The notes below the pieces were generated by a model, which worked only from the letters and a program-made list of their open reading frames with translations, was not told the origin of the DNA and did no database searches. This document shows, one piece after another, positions 1 through 9,648 of a DNA stretch of 64,000 bases; position 1 is the stretch's first letter, and each line of letters begins with the position of its first letter. Made by a program: the position numbers and the translations under genes. The stretch covers positions 16,374 to 80,373 of the forward strand of contig JAPPNV010000307.1 in assembly GCA_028818565.1 (NCBI GenBank). Reading direction: 5' to 3'. The DNA comes from Rhodospirillales bacterium (GTDB lineage Bacteria > Pseudomonadota > Alphaproteobacteria > UBA828).

Positions 1-258
1 CGTGCCCGCTCCCTCGGGTTCTCGATCGACGAATGCCGGACGCTGCTCTCGCTGTATGAGGACCGCGCGCGCGCCAGCGCCGACGTCAAGACGCTGGCCG
101 CGGCCCATCTGCGCCGCATCGATCGCAAGATCGCCGAGCTCGAAGGACTGCGCGGCACGCTCGCGACTCTTGTGGCGCAATGCCACGGCGACGAGCGGCC
201 GGAGTGCCCGATCCTCGACGACCTCGCCGGCCCGGCCCATGCGGGCGAACGATGCTGA
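1..258 (+). CDS. MerR-family transcriptional regulator, CueR/HmrR-like (C-terminal part; N-terminus is outside the window)
   Basis: Frame 1 reads RARSLGFSIDECRTLLSLYEDRARASADVKTLAAAHLRRIDRKIAELEGLRGTLATLVAQCHGDERPECPILDDLAGPAHAGERC*. This has a MerR dimerisation helix and a C-x7-C metal-binding loop as in copper-responsive CueR. The stop TGA is at 256-258 and overlaps the next start as ATGCTGA. Confidence 0.6.
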   Translation, partial: RARSLGFSIDECRTLLSLYEDRARASADVKTLAAAHLRRIDRKIAELEGLRGTLATLVAQCHGDERPECPILDDLAGPAHAGERC

Positions 259-677
259 AAACCTGGAAGGACAAGCTCTACCTCGTCGCGATCGCGGCCG
301 CGGCGGTCGTGGGCGTGGTCGGATGGCTGCAGTGGTTCGACGACGACCACGAGCATCACGACGAGGCCCAGACGGCCCTGACCATCCCGGCCTTCACGGC
401 CGAGGCGCAAGCGGGCCAGGCGCTCTTCGAGGAAAACTGCGTAACCTGTCACGGCCGCCACGCGACGGGGTCGGACCAGGGGCCGCCGCTGGTCCACAGG
501 ATCTACGAGCCCAATCATCACGGCGACATGTCGTTCCGCCTCGCCGCGCGGCAGGGCGTTCGCGCGCATCACTGGGACTTCGGCAACATGCCGCCGGTCG
601 AGGGCGTCTCGGACGACGACGTGATCAAGATCACCCGCTACGTGCGCGAGCTGCAGAAGGCCAACGGCATCTTCTAA
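252..677 (+). CDS. c-type cytochrome (class I, membrane-anchored)
   Basis: ATG at 252 within track ORF 180..677 gives MLKTWKDKLYLVAIAAAAVVGVVGW..., i.e. an N-terminal TM helix. It carries one CxxCH haem-binding motif (CVTCHG). Confidence 0.7.
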   Translation: MLKTWKDKLYLVAIAAAAVVGVVGWLQWFDDDHEHHDEAQTALTIPAFTAEAQAGQALFEENCVTCHGRHATGSDQGPPLVHRIYEPNHHGDMSFRLAARQGVRAHHWDFGNMPPVEGVSDDDVIKITRYVRELQKANGIF

Positions 678-683
678 CGCGCG

Positions 684-1322
684 TTACGCCGGCTTTGAAA
701 AATCTCCGGTGTCCGGGTCCATGGTCCAGAGATCGCCGTCGGCGATGTCGAACCAGGCGCCGTGCAGGCTGAGCCGGCCGCGCTCCTCGAGGATCGAGAC
801 ACAGGGGAAGGTCCGCAGATTCGCGATCGAATGACGTATCGACACGCGTTCGAGGGCGGTCTGCCGTTCGGCATCCGTCATTGGGTCGCAGGCCGCGATT
901 TCGCTGGCGGTGGGTCCCAGCAGCTTCATCCACCTGCCGATGAAGTCGCCTGGAGAAAGCGGTTCCGCCGTCGGGTGCAGTGCCGCCCGGATGCCACCGC
1001 AGCGGCCGTGGCCGAGCACGACGATGTGCCTGACCTTGAGGCTCTGCACCGCGAATTCGAGCGCGGCGGAGGTGCCGTGAAGGGAGCCGTCGGGCTCATA
1101 GGGCGGCACCAGGTTGGCGACGTTGCGGACCACGAACATTTCGCCAGGCGCGGCGTTGAAGATGGTCTCCGGCGCCGAGCGGGAATCGCAGCAGGCGATG
1201 ACCATGACTTCGGGCTTCTGCCCCTGCTCGGCAAGCGCGTGGTAGCGCGCGTGCTCCCGCGCAAAGCGGTCGCCCTTGAACGAGCGATAGCCATCCAGCA
1301 GTGCTTCAGGGAAATCGGTCAT
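684..1322 (-). CDS. beta-class carbonic anhydrase
   Basis: The internal ATG (residue 80 of track ORF 684..1559) gives MTDFPEALLDGYRSF.... The CCDSR and HGRCGG zinc-ligand motifs are present. The upstream part of the ORF is Arg/Pro-rich frame noise. Confidence 0.8.
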   Translation of the reverse strand: MTDFPEALLDGYRSFKGDRFAREHARYHALAEQGQKPEVMVIACCDSRSAPETIFNAAPGEMFVVRNVANLVPPYEPDGSLHGTSAALEFAVQSLKVRHIVVLGHGRCGGIRAALHPTAEPLSPGDFIGRWMKLLGPTASEIAACDPMTDAERQTALERVSIRHSIANLRTFPCVSILEERGRLSLHGAWFDIADGDLWTMDPDTGDFSKPA

Positions 1323-1518
1323 CGGGGTCCACGCGTGTGTTCTGCGCCGCGGGCGGGTGCGGCATGGCCGGGCATATAAGCGATCTGCGCCGAGAGTGCG
1401 ACTCGCCCGCTGGCTGACGTGCTCGGGCCTGCACCGGCCCGAAAGATCGGTTGCAGGGCCAGACCCGCCCCCGCAGGATGGCGGGCACCATAAGGACGCT
1501 AGCGACGAGGACAGGACA

Positions 1519-2031
1519 ATGACGAAACTGACTGCAGTCACCATTCTTGTAGCCGGCATAGCACTGGCCGCAACGTCTCAGATAGCGAGCGCAGCGGAGC
1601 AGGCGAGCGCCGCGATGATGAACGCGAACGGAGAATCGGTTGGCGCGGTGACGCTGAGAGAGACCCCGCAAGGCACACTGTTGCACGCGAAGCTCGAAAA
1701 CCTCCCGGCCGGCGCCCACGCCTTCCACGTCCATGCGGTCGGCGTATGCGAGCCGCCCTTCAAGTCGGCGGGAGGTCACTTCAATCCGGAGGGCAAGAAG
1801 CACGGGATCGACAGCGCCGAGGGAATGCACGCGGGCGATATGCCCAATATCCATGTCCCGGACTCGGGCGCGCTGGAGATCGAGGTGCTGAACGCGCAGT
1901 TGCGGCTGGATGCATCGCTCTTCGACGAGGACGGTGCGGCGATCGTGATTCACGACGGCCCCGATGACTACGTGTCCGATCCGGCGGGCGCCGCCGGGCC
2001 GCGCATCGCCTGCGGCGTCATCGCTCAGTAG
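1519..2031 (+). CDS. sodC: Cu/Zn superoxide dismutase with signal peptide
   Basis: The start is MTKLTAVTILVAGIALAA..., preceded by the SD-like sequence AGGACAGGACA. Conserved FHVHAVGVC, GGHFNP and IVIHDGPDDY motifs and the C-terminal ACGVI match SodC. Confidence 0.85.
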   Translation: MTKLTAVTILVAGIALAATSQIASAAEQASAAMMNANGESVGAVTLRETPQGTLLHAKLENLPAGAHAFHVHAVGVCEPPFKSAGGHFNPEGKKHGIDSAEGMHAGDMPNIHVPDSGALEIEVLNAQLRLDASLFDEDGAAIVIHDGPDDYVSDPAGAAGPRIACGVIAQ

Positions 2032-2099
2032 CACTGCCCGAGAGTCGCGGCTCTCCGCCCGGCTTGTGGTACACGCGCCGGGTCCGCTAGGAGTCGGGT

Positions 2100-3176
2100 A
2101 TGAGCGAACGTGGCAACCCGGCCTTCGGCTTCACCGTAGGCCCGGTAATGCCGGCGGAGCGGGATGGCGCCGCCGGCGACCGGCAGCGCTACCGCGAGAT
2201 GCTGGACGACTGCCGCTTCGGGCAGGCACTGGGCTTCGGCAGCGTCTGGGTGCTGGAGCACCACTTCACCGACTACTACCCCTCGCCCTCGCCGCTGCTC
2301 TTCCTCAGCCACGTCGCGGCGGCCTGCCCCGGCTTGGGGCTCGGCACCGCGGTCATCGTGCTGCCCTGGTACGAGCCGGTGCGGTTCGCCGAAGACCTGG
2401 CGATGCTGAGCCTGATGACCGATGCCGACCTGCATATCGGCCTCGGGCGCGGCGTGGCTCGGATCGAGTACGACGCGCGCGCCATCGACATGGCGCACTC
2501 GCGCGAGCTCTTCCGCGAAAACTGCGAGATCGCCAAGGGGCTGCTGAGCGGCGCGCCCTTCAGCTACGAGGGCACCCACGCCACCATCCCGCGCGAGGTC
2601 TCGCTCCGGCCGGGGCCGGCGCGCGATCGCATCCACCTCTACGGCGCCTGCAACAACCCCGGCACCGCCGAGCGCATGGCGGAGATGGGGCTCGGTCTGC
2701 TCTGCACCTCGGCCTCGCCCTTCCAGATGAACACCGACGCCATCGCCGCGTGGAAGGCGATCACGGCGTCCAAGGGCGGGCCGGCCGACGCCAATATCCC
2801 GCTCTGGATCCACTGCTTCATCGCGGACAGCGAGGCGGAGGCGCGTGACGAGGCGATCGCCTATCTGGTCGCCTTCTTCCGTGCGGTGGTCCGGCACTAC
2901 GAGACCCACGCCAACCCGTGGAAGGATGTGCCCACCTACGAGCGCAACGTGCAGCAGATGGAACGTATGGAGGCGATGGCGGATCCCGCCAATCTGCCGC
3001 CCTTCCTGAAACACCAGCTGGTCGGCACGCCGGAGCAGGTCGCGGCCCAGGTGCGGCACTACCGGGAGCTCGGGATCACCCAGTTCGCCATCAACACCGC
3101 GCAACCCACCCGGCCCGCCGAAAGCCGCCACCGCTCGATGGAACGCTTCGCCCGCGAGGTGATGCCGCTGGTTTGA
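2100..3176 (+). CDS. LLM-class (luciferase-like) flavin-dependent oxidoreductase
   Basis: 358 aa. It has the typical LLM TIM-barrel features, including a WVLEHHF-type motif, the YEP loop, and a GTPEQVAAQVRHYRELGITQF C-terminal region. Confidence 0.8.
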   Translation: MSERGNPAFGFTVGPVMPAERDGAAGDRQRYREMLDDCRFGQALGFGSVWVLEHHFTDYYPSPSPLLFLSHVAAACPGLGLGTAVIVLPWYEPVRFAEDLAMLSLMTDADLHIGLGRGVARIEYDARAIDMAHSRELFRENCEIAKGLLSGAPFSYEGTHATIPREVSLRPGPARDRIHLYGACNNPGTAERMAEMGLGLLCTSASPFQMNTDAIAAWKAITASKGGPADANIPLWIHCFIADSEAEARDEAIAYLVAFFRAVVRHYETHANPWKDVPTYERNVQQMERMEAMADPANLPPFLKHQLVGTPEQVAAQVRHYRELGITQFAINTAQPTRPAESRHRSMERFAREVMPLV

Positions 3177-3200
3177 CACCTCGGTTTGTGAGGCAAGGCA

Positions 3201-4559
3201 ATGTCGCGACGGGTTGCCATTATCGGTGCGGGAGTGTCGGGACTCGGGGTGGCATGGGCCCTGAATCGCCACCCCGAACAATTCGATTTTCGCGTGTTCG
3301 AGGCGCATTCTCAGGTCGGCGGCAATGCCATAACGGCCGACATGCCGCAAGACGACGGGACGTCGATTCCGTTCGATATTTCCGTCACCGCGTGCATTCC
3401 CACGGTTTACCACCATATCGTTCTGTTCATGAAGCAACACGGTATCGAGCTTGTCGATACCAGGTTCAGCTACAGCGTAAAGTATCGCGGCGACGTCTAT
3501 GCCCACGATTTCGACTCGGAAATCAGGCGGCAATTGCAACCGGAAATCGAGAAATTTCAGAAGATCCTGAGACGATTGAAGTGGTTCGGTCGGCTCAACC
3601 GCTCCAGATCCAGATTGCTCAATGCTCTGAATCCATACAACTACATCAGCATGGGTGCAGTTCTCAACTTTGGCAGGCTCTCCGGAGATTTCAGGTACAA
3701 GATACTGAAGCCCATGTTCGTCAACTTCCTGATGGCGACGAACGTATTCGACATGCCGGCGTCCCTCTTTTCCCGATACCTGGAGTTCTTCGATATCGAA
3801 ACCGCCACGCCGATGCAGACCTGGGACCGGGGCTCGCGTCGTATCTACGAGAACATGTCGGCCGCCTTTCAGGACAGGATTTACCTCGACCGGCCGGCCC
3901 GAAAAGTATATCGGCGCTCATCCGATGTCGTCGTCGAGGACGAAAACGGAGAGACAGAGACCTTCGACGAGGTCGTTTTCGCGTGCAACGCCAATCAAAC
4001 GCTGATGATGCTGGACAGACCGACCTTGCTGGAGAGCTTCATTCTCTCTTCAATCCGTTATGAGAGTGAACTTCACAACCATACGATCGTTCATTCAGAT
4101 GCCTCTGTTCTTCCGGACAACGAAGTCGAACCGCTCGGCACTCGGAGCAACCACATCGAGCAATACGGCATACGGCCTGACAATTATGAAATCACATACA
4201 TCATGCACAATCAGCAGCCGTGGGCGAAACGGTCGGACAAGCCGTGCCTGGTGACCTACAATCCAATTAGCCGCATCGACGAAGAAAAGATCGTCAAGAG
4301 ATGGTGGTTTCAGCACATCGTACACGACGTGCGTCACGTGGCTCTTCTGATCCACTTGTTCCGCTTCATTCAGGGCAAGCGGCGCTCGTGGCACTGCGGT
4401 GCTCATACCCTGGTCAACAGCCAGGAGACCTGTTTCGTCTCCGGCCTGGTTACGGCGAGACAGTTGGGTGCGGACTATCCGTTTCAGGATTCCGAAGCAC
4501 GGAAGTGGTTCAACTTCTACGGGCGCATGATGTACGGCCGGCGCTTGAGGAAGGCGTAA
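3201..4559 (+). CDS. NAD(P)/FAD-binding oxidoreductase (amine-oxidase-like Rossmann protein)
   Basis: It has an N-terminal GxGxxG (IIGAGVSGLGVAW) followed by FEAHSQVGGN. The gene has visibly lower GC (about 53%) than its flanks and uses many A/T-ending codons. Confidence 0.75.
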   Translation: MSRRVAIIGAGVSGLGVAWALNRHPEQFDFRVFEAHSQVGGNAITADMPQDDGTSIPFDISVTACIPTVYHHIVLFMKQHGIELVDTRFSYSVKYRGDVYAHDFDSEIRRQLQPEIEKFQKILRRLKWFGRLNRSRSRLLNALNPYNYISMGAVLNFGRLSGDFRYKILKPMFVNFLMATNVFDMPASLFSRYLEFFDIETATPMQTWDRGSRRIYENMSAAFQDRIYLDRPARKVYRRSSDVVVEDENGETETFDEVVFACNANQTLMMLDRPTLLESFILSSIRYESELHNHTIVHSDASVLPDNEVEPLGTRSNHIEQYGIRPDNYEITYIMHNQQPWAKRSDKPCLVTYNPISRIDEEKIVKRWWFQHIVHDVRHVALLIHLFRFIQGKRRSWHCGAHTLVNSQETCFVSGLVTARQLGADYPFQDSEARKWFNFYGRMMYGRRLRKA

Positions 4560-4574
4560 GCCGGGGCTTGCCCA

Positions 4575-4606
4575 GCGCTTGAGTACCAGCGGCCGCTTTC
4601 AAGCGC
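4575..4606. terminator. inverted repeat between convergent genes (candidate bidirectional terminator hairpin)
   Basis: GCGCTTGA (4575-4582) and TCAAGCGC (4599-4606) form an 8-bp stem with a 16-nt loop. It overlaps the stop codon of the minus-strand oligopeptidase gene. There is no U-tract. Confidence 0.3.
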
Positions 4607-6695
4607 GGCCGGCAATGGCGAGGACGAAGGCGTAGGCCATCGCCACCTCCCTGAGTCGGCGGAAGCGGCCGGAGGCGCCGCCGTGGCCGGCCTCCATGTT
4701 GGTGTGCAGCAGGAGGGGGTTGTCGTCGGTCTTGAGCCGGCGGAGCTTCGCCACCCACTTGGCCGGCTCCCAATAGGTGACGCGCGGGTCGGTGAGCCCG
4801 GCGGTGGCGAAGATCGCGGGATAGGCCCCGGCGGTCACGTTCTCATAGGGCGCGTAGGCCGCGATGGTGCGGTAGGCGTCCTCGTGCTCGATGGGATTGC
4901 CCCACTCCGGCCACTCCGGCGGCGTCAGCGGCAGGCCCTCATCGCACATGGTGTTGAGCACGTCGACGAAGGGCACCTCGGCGACGATGCTGGCGAAGAG
5001 GTCGGGCCGCATGTTGGCGACCGCTCCCATCAGCATGCCGCCGGCGCTGCCGCCGTGGGCCGCAATCCGCCCCTTGGCTGTGTAGCGCTCGGCGATCAGG
5101 TGCTCGGCGGCGACGATGAAGTCGGCGAAGGTGTTGGTCTTCTTCGCGAGCTTGCCGTCGAGGTACCAGCCGTAGCCGCAGTCCGAGCCGCCCCGGATGT
5201 GGGCGATGGCGTAGACGAAGCCGCGATCCACCAGGCTCAGCCGGTTGGTCGAGAACGCGGCCGGGATGGCGTGGCCGTAGGCGCCGTAGCCGTATAGGAG
5301 GAGCGGCGCGGTGCCGTCGAGCGGGGTTGAGCGGCGATGGAGCAGGGAGACCGGCACCTCGGCGCCGTCATGGCTCACGGCGTTGAGCCGGCGGGTGACG
5401 TAGTCGGCGGGGTCGTGCCCGCTCGGCACCTCCTGGGTCTTGCGCAACGTGCGGGCGCGGGTGCGCATGTCGTAGTCGAAGGTCTGCTGCGGCGTGGTCA
5501 TGGAGCTGTAGACGAAGCGAAGCGTCTCGGTCTCGAACTCGTAGCCCGGCAGGAGCGAGAGGTCGTAGGCCTCCTCCTCGAAGGCGATCGTGTGGGCCGC
5601 GCCGGTCTCGAGGTCAGTGATGACGATGCGGGGCAGGCCGCCGACCCGCTCCAGCCGCACGTGGTGGCCGGCGAAGAGGAGTTGCGCGCGCACGTAAGTG
5701 CCGGCCTCGTGGGGCAGCCAGTCGCGCCACGCCGCGCGCTCCGGCGCCTCCAGCGGTGCCGTCATGATCTTGAAATCCACCGCATCGTCGGCGTTGGTGA
5801 GGATGTAGAGACTGTCGCCCCGGAGGGCGACGTCATACTCGATGCCGCGCTCGCGGGCAGCGATGAGGCGGGGGGCGCCCTCGGGCGCTGCGGACTCGAT
5901 CAGATGGACCTCGGAGGTCGTGTGGTCGTGTGCCGAGATCATGACGAAGCGGCGGTTCTCGGACTCGCCGAGGTTGACGAAGAAACCCGGGTCCGACTCC
6001 TCGTAGACCACCGGGTCCGCCTCCGCCGCGCTGCCCACGCGGTGGCGGCGCACCCGGTAGGGGCGGTGGTTCTCGTCGAGCACGGTGTAGAAGACGGTCT
6101 CGCCGTCGGCGGCCCAGATGACGTCGCCGTAGGCGTCCTCGATCGGCCCGTCGATGACGTCTCCGGAGGCGATGTCGCGGACGTAGAGGCGGTAGCGCTC
6201 CGAGCCGTTGAGGTCGAGGGTGTAGGCGAGGCGGCGGTGGTCGTGGCTGTGCTCGCAGTCTCCGATTCTGAAATAGGCCTGGCTCTCGGCTTCGCGGTTG
6301 CCGTCGAGCAGCAGCACCTCCGCTGACTCGTCGGCGCGCGGGGCGCGGCAATAGAGCGGATGCTCGCCACCCTCCACGTAGCGGCGGTAGTAGGCCCAGT
6401 CGCCGTCGGGCGCCGGCACCGACGAATCGTCCTCCTTCATGCGCCCGCGCATCTCGCTCACCAGCGTCTCCCTGAGCGCCTTGTGGGGAGCGAGGACGGC
6501 GTCCGTGTAGGCGTTCTCGGCCTCCAGATAGGCGCGGATGTCGGGGTCGAGCGCCTCGGGCTCGCGCATCACGCACTGCCAGTCTGGATCCTTGAGCCAG
6601 GCGTAGTCGTCGCTGCGCGCGATGCCGTGCAGCGTCGCCGTGACGGGCTTTTGGGGCGCGACGGGGGGCTTGGGATCGGGCGCGGGCATGAACAT
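4599..6695 (-). CDS. ptrB: oligopeptidase B / S9A prolyl-oligopeptidase family serine protease
   Basis: The internal ATG at residue 45 of track ORF 4599..6827 gives MFMPAPDPKPPVAPQKPVTATLHGIARSDDYAWLKD.... There is a beta-propeller N-terminal half and a GGSAGGMLMG nucleophile-elbow motif in the C-terminal hydrolase domain. Confidence 0.85.
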   Translation of the reverse strand: MFMPAPDPKPPVAPQKPVTATLHGIARSDDYAWLKDPDWQCVMREPEALDPDIRAYLEAENAYTDAVLAPHKALRETLVSEMRGRMKEDDSSVPAPDGDWAYYRRYVEGGEHPLYCRAPRADESAEVLLLDGNREAESQAYFRIGDCEHSHDHRRLAYTLDLNGSERYRLYVRDIASGDVIDGPIEDAYGDVIWAADGETVFYTVLDENHRPYRVRRHRVGSAAEADPVVYEESDPGFFVNLGESENRRFVMISAHDHTTSEVHLIESAAPEGAPRLIAARERGIEYDVALRGDSLYILTNADDAVDFKIMTAPLEAPERAAWRDWLPHEAGTYVRAQLLFAGHHVRLERVGGLPRIVITDLETGAAHTIAFEEEAYDLSLLPGYEFETETLRFVYSSMTTPQQTFDYDMRTRARTLRKTQEVPSGHDPADYVTRRLNAVSHDGAEVPVSLLHRRSTPLDGTAPLLLYGYGAYGHAIPAAFSTNRLSLVDRGFVYAIAHIRGGSDCGYGWYLDGKLAKKTNTFADFIVAAEHLIAERYTAKGRIAAHGGSAGGMLMGAVANMRPDLFASIVAEVPFVDVLNTMCDEGLPLTPPEWPEWGNPIEHEDAYRTIAAYAPYENVTAGAYPAIFATAGLTDPRVTYWEPAKWVAKLRRLKTDDNPLLLHTNMEAGHGGASGRFRRLREVAMAYAFVLAIAGRA

Positions 6696-6819
6696 GGCCT
6701 CTTTGGAACAGCGGCAGACTCCTAGCCCAAGTCTCGCGCTTCGCCCACCCCGCAGGACGAGTATGGACATGCGGGGCCCGATCGCGGAGTCATAGCGGGC
6801 AGCGGAAAGGGAGGACGGC

Positions 6820-7830
6820 GTGGCCAAGCCCGACTACGAGCGTATCCACGACGAGGCCATCGTGATCGACGCGGTCTGTCCGCTCATGGTGCGCCGCGAG
6901 TACATCGACTGGTGGATCGAAGGGGGCGTCAGTGCGGCCGGCCCGACCGTCGGCGCCTTCGAGCGCGCCGGCCCCACGCTCCGCGCGCTGGGGGACTGGC
7001 TCCGCGCCATCGACGGGGACCCCAGGCTCGTCCAGATCAAGCGCGCCGCCGACTTCGCGACCGCCAAGGCCGCCGGCAAGTTCGGCCTGTTCTTCCACTT
7101 TCAGGGGACCGAGCCGATCGAGAACGACCTCAACCTGATCGATGCCTACAAGGCTCTTGGCGTCGGCATGATTCAGCTCGCCTACAACGTCAAGAACCGC
7201 GTGGGCGACGGCTGCGAGGAACGGACCGACGCCGGGCTCAGCACCTTCGGCCTCAAGGTGGTCGAGCGCCTCAACGAGGCGCGCGTGGTCGTGGACTGCT
7301 CCCACACCGGCTACCGCACGACCATGGAGGCGATCGAGGCCTCCTCGCGCCCCGTGGACTTCTCGCACGCGAACCCCAAGGCGGTGCGGGACTCGCGCCG
7401 CAACATCACCGACGAGCAGATGAAGGCGGCGGCCGGGACCGGCGGTCTCGTCGGCATGGTCGGCTTCCCGTCCTTCGTCAGCGCCTCGCCGAGGCCCACT
7501 CTCGACGAGTTCGTCGACCACATCGACTACGCCGTCGGGCTCGTCGGCGACGATCACGTCGGCCTCGGCCTCGACTATTTCCAGGGGCAGGTGCCGGTGG
7601 TCGACGACGACGAGGCCCTGCGCATGTACGAGCACCGTGTCGCGATCGGCGACTGGCGGCCCGAGTCCTATCCGCCCCCACCCCATCGCTTCCCCGACGG
7701 GATCGCCACGCCGCGCGACTTTCGCAATCTGACCAGGCGCCTGCTGGAGCGCAGCCACAGCGAACAGACGACGAAGAAGATCCTCGGCGGCAACTGGGTC
7801 AGGGTCTTCCGCGAGGTCTGGGGCGAATAG
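6820..7830 (+). CDS. membrane dipeptidase (peptidase M19, renal-dipeptidase family)
   Basis: GTG start (track) with the SD-like sequence GGAAAGGGAGGA upstream. HFQGTEPIENDLNLIDAYKALGVGMIQLAYN and DCSHTG motifs are characteristic of M19. Confidence 0.8.
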   Translation: MAKPDYERIHDEAIVIDAVCPLMVRREYIDWWIEGGVSAAGPTVGAFERAGPTLRALGDWLRAIDGDPRLVQIKRAADFATAKAAGKFGLFFHFQGTEPIENDLNLIDAYKALGVGMIQLAYNVKNRVGDGCEERTDAGLSTFGLKVVERLNEARVVVDCSHTGYRTTMEAIEASSRPVDFSHANPKAVRDSRRNITDEQMKAAAGTGGLVGMVGFPSFVSASPRPTLDEFVDHIDYAVGLVGDDHVGLGLDYFQGQVPVVDDDEALRMYEHRVAIGDWRPESYPPPPHRFPDGIATPRDFRNLTRRLLERSHSEQTTKKILGGNWVRVFREVWGE

Positions 7831-7912
7831 CCGCCGCTTGCCACATGGGAGATTGCGGCGCTGCGGCGATCGACTAAGGTCTTGCCGCGCGACAACACGG
7901 ATCGATCGAGCC

Positions 7913-9205
7913 TTGAGCGCAGACCAATCCGCCATCGTCATTCCCGAGGGCTACCGTCCGCTCGACGTGGCCACCCTCGCCCCCTATCTCGCGGAGCAGC
8001 CGGAACTGCGCGAGCGCCTCGGCGGCGAGCCCTCGGGCTGGCAGGTGGTCGAGGTGGGCGACGGCAACCTGAACCTGGTCTTCCTGGTGCGCGGGCCGGC
8101 CGGCGGGCTCTGCGTCAAGCAGGCGCTGCCCTACGTGCGGCTGGTGGGCGAGAGCTGGCCGCTGCCGCTGAGCCGCGCCTTCTTCGAGCACGAGGCGCTG
8201 GTGGAGCACGGCCGCCACGCGCCGGGGCTCACGCCCGAGATCTACCGCTTCGACTCGACCCTGATGCTGACGGCGATGGAGCTGCTGGAGCCCCACATCA
8301 TCATGCGGCGGGGCATGATCCAGGGCATCCGCTACCCGCGCGCCGCCACCGACGTGGCCGAATACATGGCGCGGACGCTCTTCTTCACCTCCGACCTCGG
8401 CACGGTCGCGGCCGAGAAGAAGGCGCGCGTCGCGGTATTCTGCGGCAACACGGCGCTCTGCAAGCTCACCGAGGACGTGATCTTCACCGAGCCCTACATG
8501 GTCCACGACAACAACCGCTGGACCTCGCCGCAGCTCGACGACATGGCCGCCGCGTTCCGGGCCGATGCCCCGCTGAAACGCGCCGTCTCCCGCCTCAAGT
8601 GCAAGTTCATGGGGAGCGCCGAGGCACTGATTCACGGCGACCTGCACACCGGCTCGATCATGGTGACGCAGGACGACACCCGGGTGATCGATCCCGAGTT
8701 CGCGTTCTACGGGCCCATGGGGTTCGACACCGGCGCCTTCGTCGGCAACCTGCTGCTCAACTACTTCAGCCAGGACGGCCACGCGACCGAGGCCGACGAC
8801 CGCGCCGCCTACAAGGCGTGGGGGCTGGAGACGGCCGAGACCTTCTGGCACGCCTTCTCGGAGCGCTACGGCGCGCTCTGGGCGGAGCGCGCGGGCGACG
8901 CCTACCCGGCTGCGCTCTTCGGCGGCGACGAGGGTGCTGCTTCGTTGGCACAGGCGCGGGACGACGCCATCGCCACGCTCTTCACCGACACGATTCGGTT
9001 CGGCGCCGCGAAGATGATCCGGCGCATCCTGGGGATCGCCCACAACATCGATTTCGAGTGGATCGAGAATCCCGACCGCCGCGCCGCCTGCGAGCGCCCG
9101 GCCCTCCTCCTCGGCCGCGAGCTGCTCGTGAACGCCGCCGCCTACTCGACGATCGAGGCCGTCACCGATGCGGCGCGCGATTTCCAGGCGCGTGCCGGTG
9201 CGTGA
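7913..9205 (+). CDS. mtnK: S-methyl-5-thioribose kinase
   Basis: The EVGDGNLNLVF, KQALPYVRLVGESWPL, LIHGDLHTGSIMV and DPEFAFYGPMGFD motifs match MtnK end to end. I chose the in-frame TTG at 7913 (MSADQSAIVIPEGY). The upstream ATG at 7838 would add a 25-aa Arg/Cys-rich extension that looks spurious. Confidence 0.7.
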   Translation: MSADQSAIVIPEGYRPLDVATLAPYLAEQPELRERLGGEPSGWQVVEVGDGNLNLVFLVRGPAGGLCVKQALPYVRLVGESWPLPLSRAFFEHEALVEHGRHAPGLTPEIYRFDSTLMLTAMELLEPHIIMRRGMIQGIRYPRAATDVAEYMARTLFFTSDLGTVAAEKKARVAVFCGNTALCKLTEDVIFTEPYMVHDNNRWTSPQLDDMAAAFRADAPLKRAVSRLKCKFMGSAEALIHGDLHTGSIMVTQDDTRVIDPEFAFYGPMGFDTGAFVGNLLLNYFSQDGHATEADDRAAYKAWGLETAETFWHAFSERYGALWAERAGDAYPAALFGGDEGAASLAQARDDAIATLFTDTIRFGAAKMIRRILGIAHNIDFEWIENPDRRAACERPALLLGRELLVNAAAYSTIEAVTDAARDFQARAGA

Positions 9206-9263
9206 AGGGCCTTTGCCCGCTACGATCACCCCGACGACCAACGACAAGGAGTGGAGACCAGCC

Positions 9264-9611
9264 ATGACCATCGAACGCTTCGACAAAGGCCCGCGCATGA
9301 GCCAGGCGGTTGTGCACGGCGATCGCGTGTACCTCGCCGGCCAGGTGGCTGACGACACCAGTGAGGACGTCGCCGGCCAGACCCGGCAGGTCCTCGCCAA
9401 GATCGACGCCCTGCTGGCCAGGGCCGGCTCGTCGAAGGAGCAGATTCTCACCGCCAACGTCTGGCTTTCCGACATCCGGACCTTCAACGAGATGAACAGC
9501 GTATGGGATCCATGGGTCTCCAAGGAGAACCCGCCCTGCCGCGCCTGCGTCGAGAGCAGGCTGGCGACGCCGGATTACACGGTCGAAATCATGATAGTGG
9601 CCGCGCGCTAG
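9264..9611 (+). CDS. RidA/YjgF/L-PSP family protein
   Basis: ATG at residue 33 of track ORF 9168..9611, with AAGGAGTGGAGA SD. The protein is 115 aa (MTIERFDKGPRMSQAVVHGDRVYLAGQVADDT...ENPPCRACVESRLATPDYTVEIMIVAAR), a chorismate-mutase-like fold family. Confidence 0.8.
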   Translation: MTIERFDKGPRMSQAVVHGDRVYLAGQVADDTSEDVAGQTRQVLAKIDALLARAGSSKEQILTANVWLSDIRTFNEMNSVWDPWVSKENPPCRACVESRLATPDYTVEIMIVAAR

Positions 9612-9648
9612 CGGCCACCGTGCCCACTGAAGGGCGCAGGAGGGAGAC

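Noticed and set aside
2041-2098. Short imperfect inverted repeats between sodC and the LLM gene
   Set aside because: The stems are 5 to 7 bp with mismatches and there is no U-tract. That is too weak to call a terminator.
7838-7912. Upstream ATG start for mtnK adding 25 residues (MPHGRLRRCGDRLRSCRATTRIDRA)
   Set aside because: The extension is Arg/Cys-rich and has no counterpart in MtnK proteins. The conserved N-terminus begins near the TTG at 7913.
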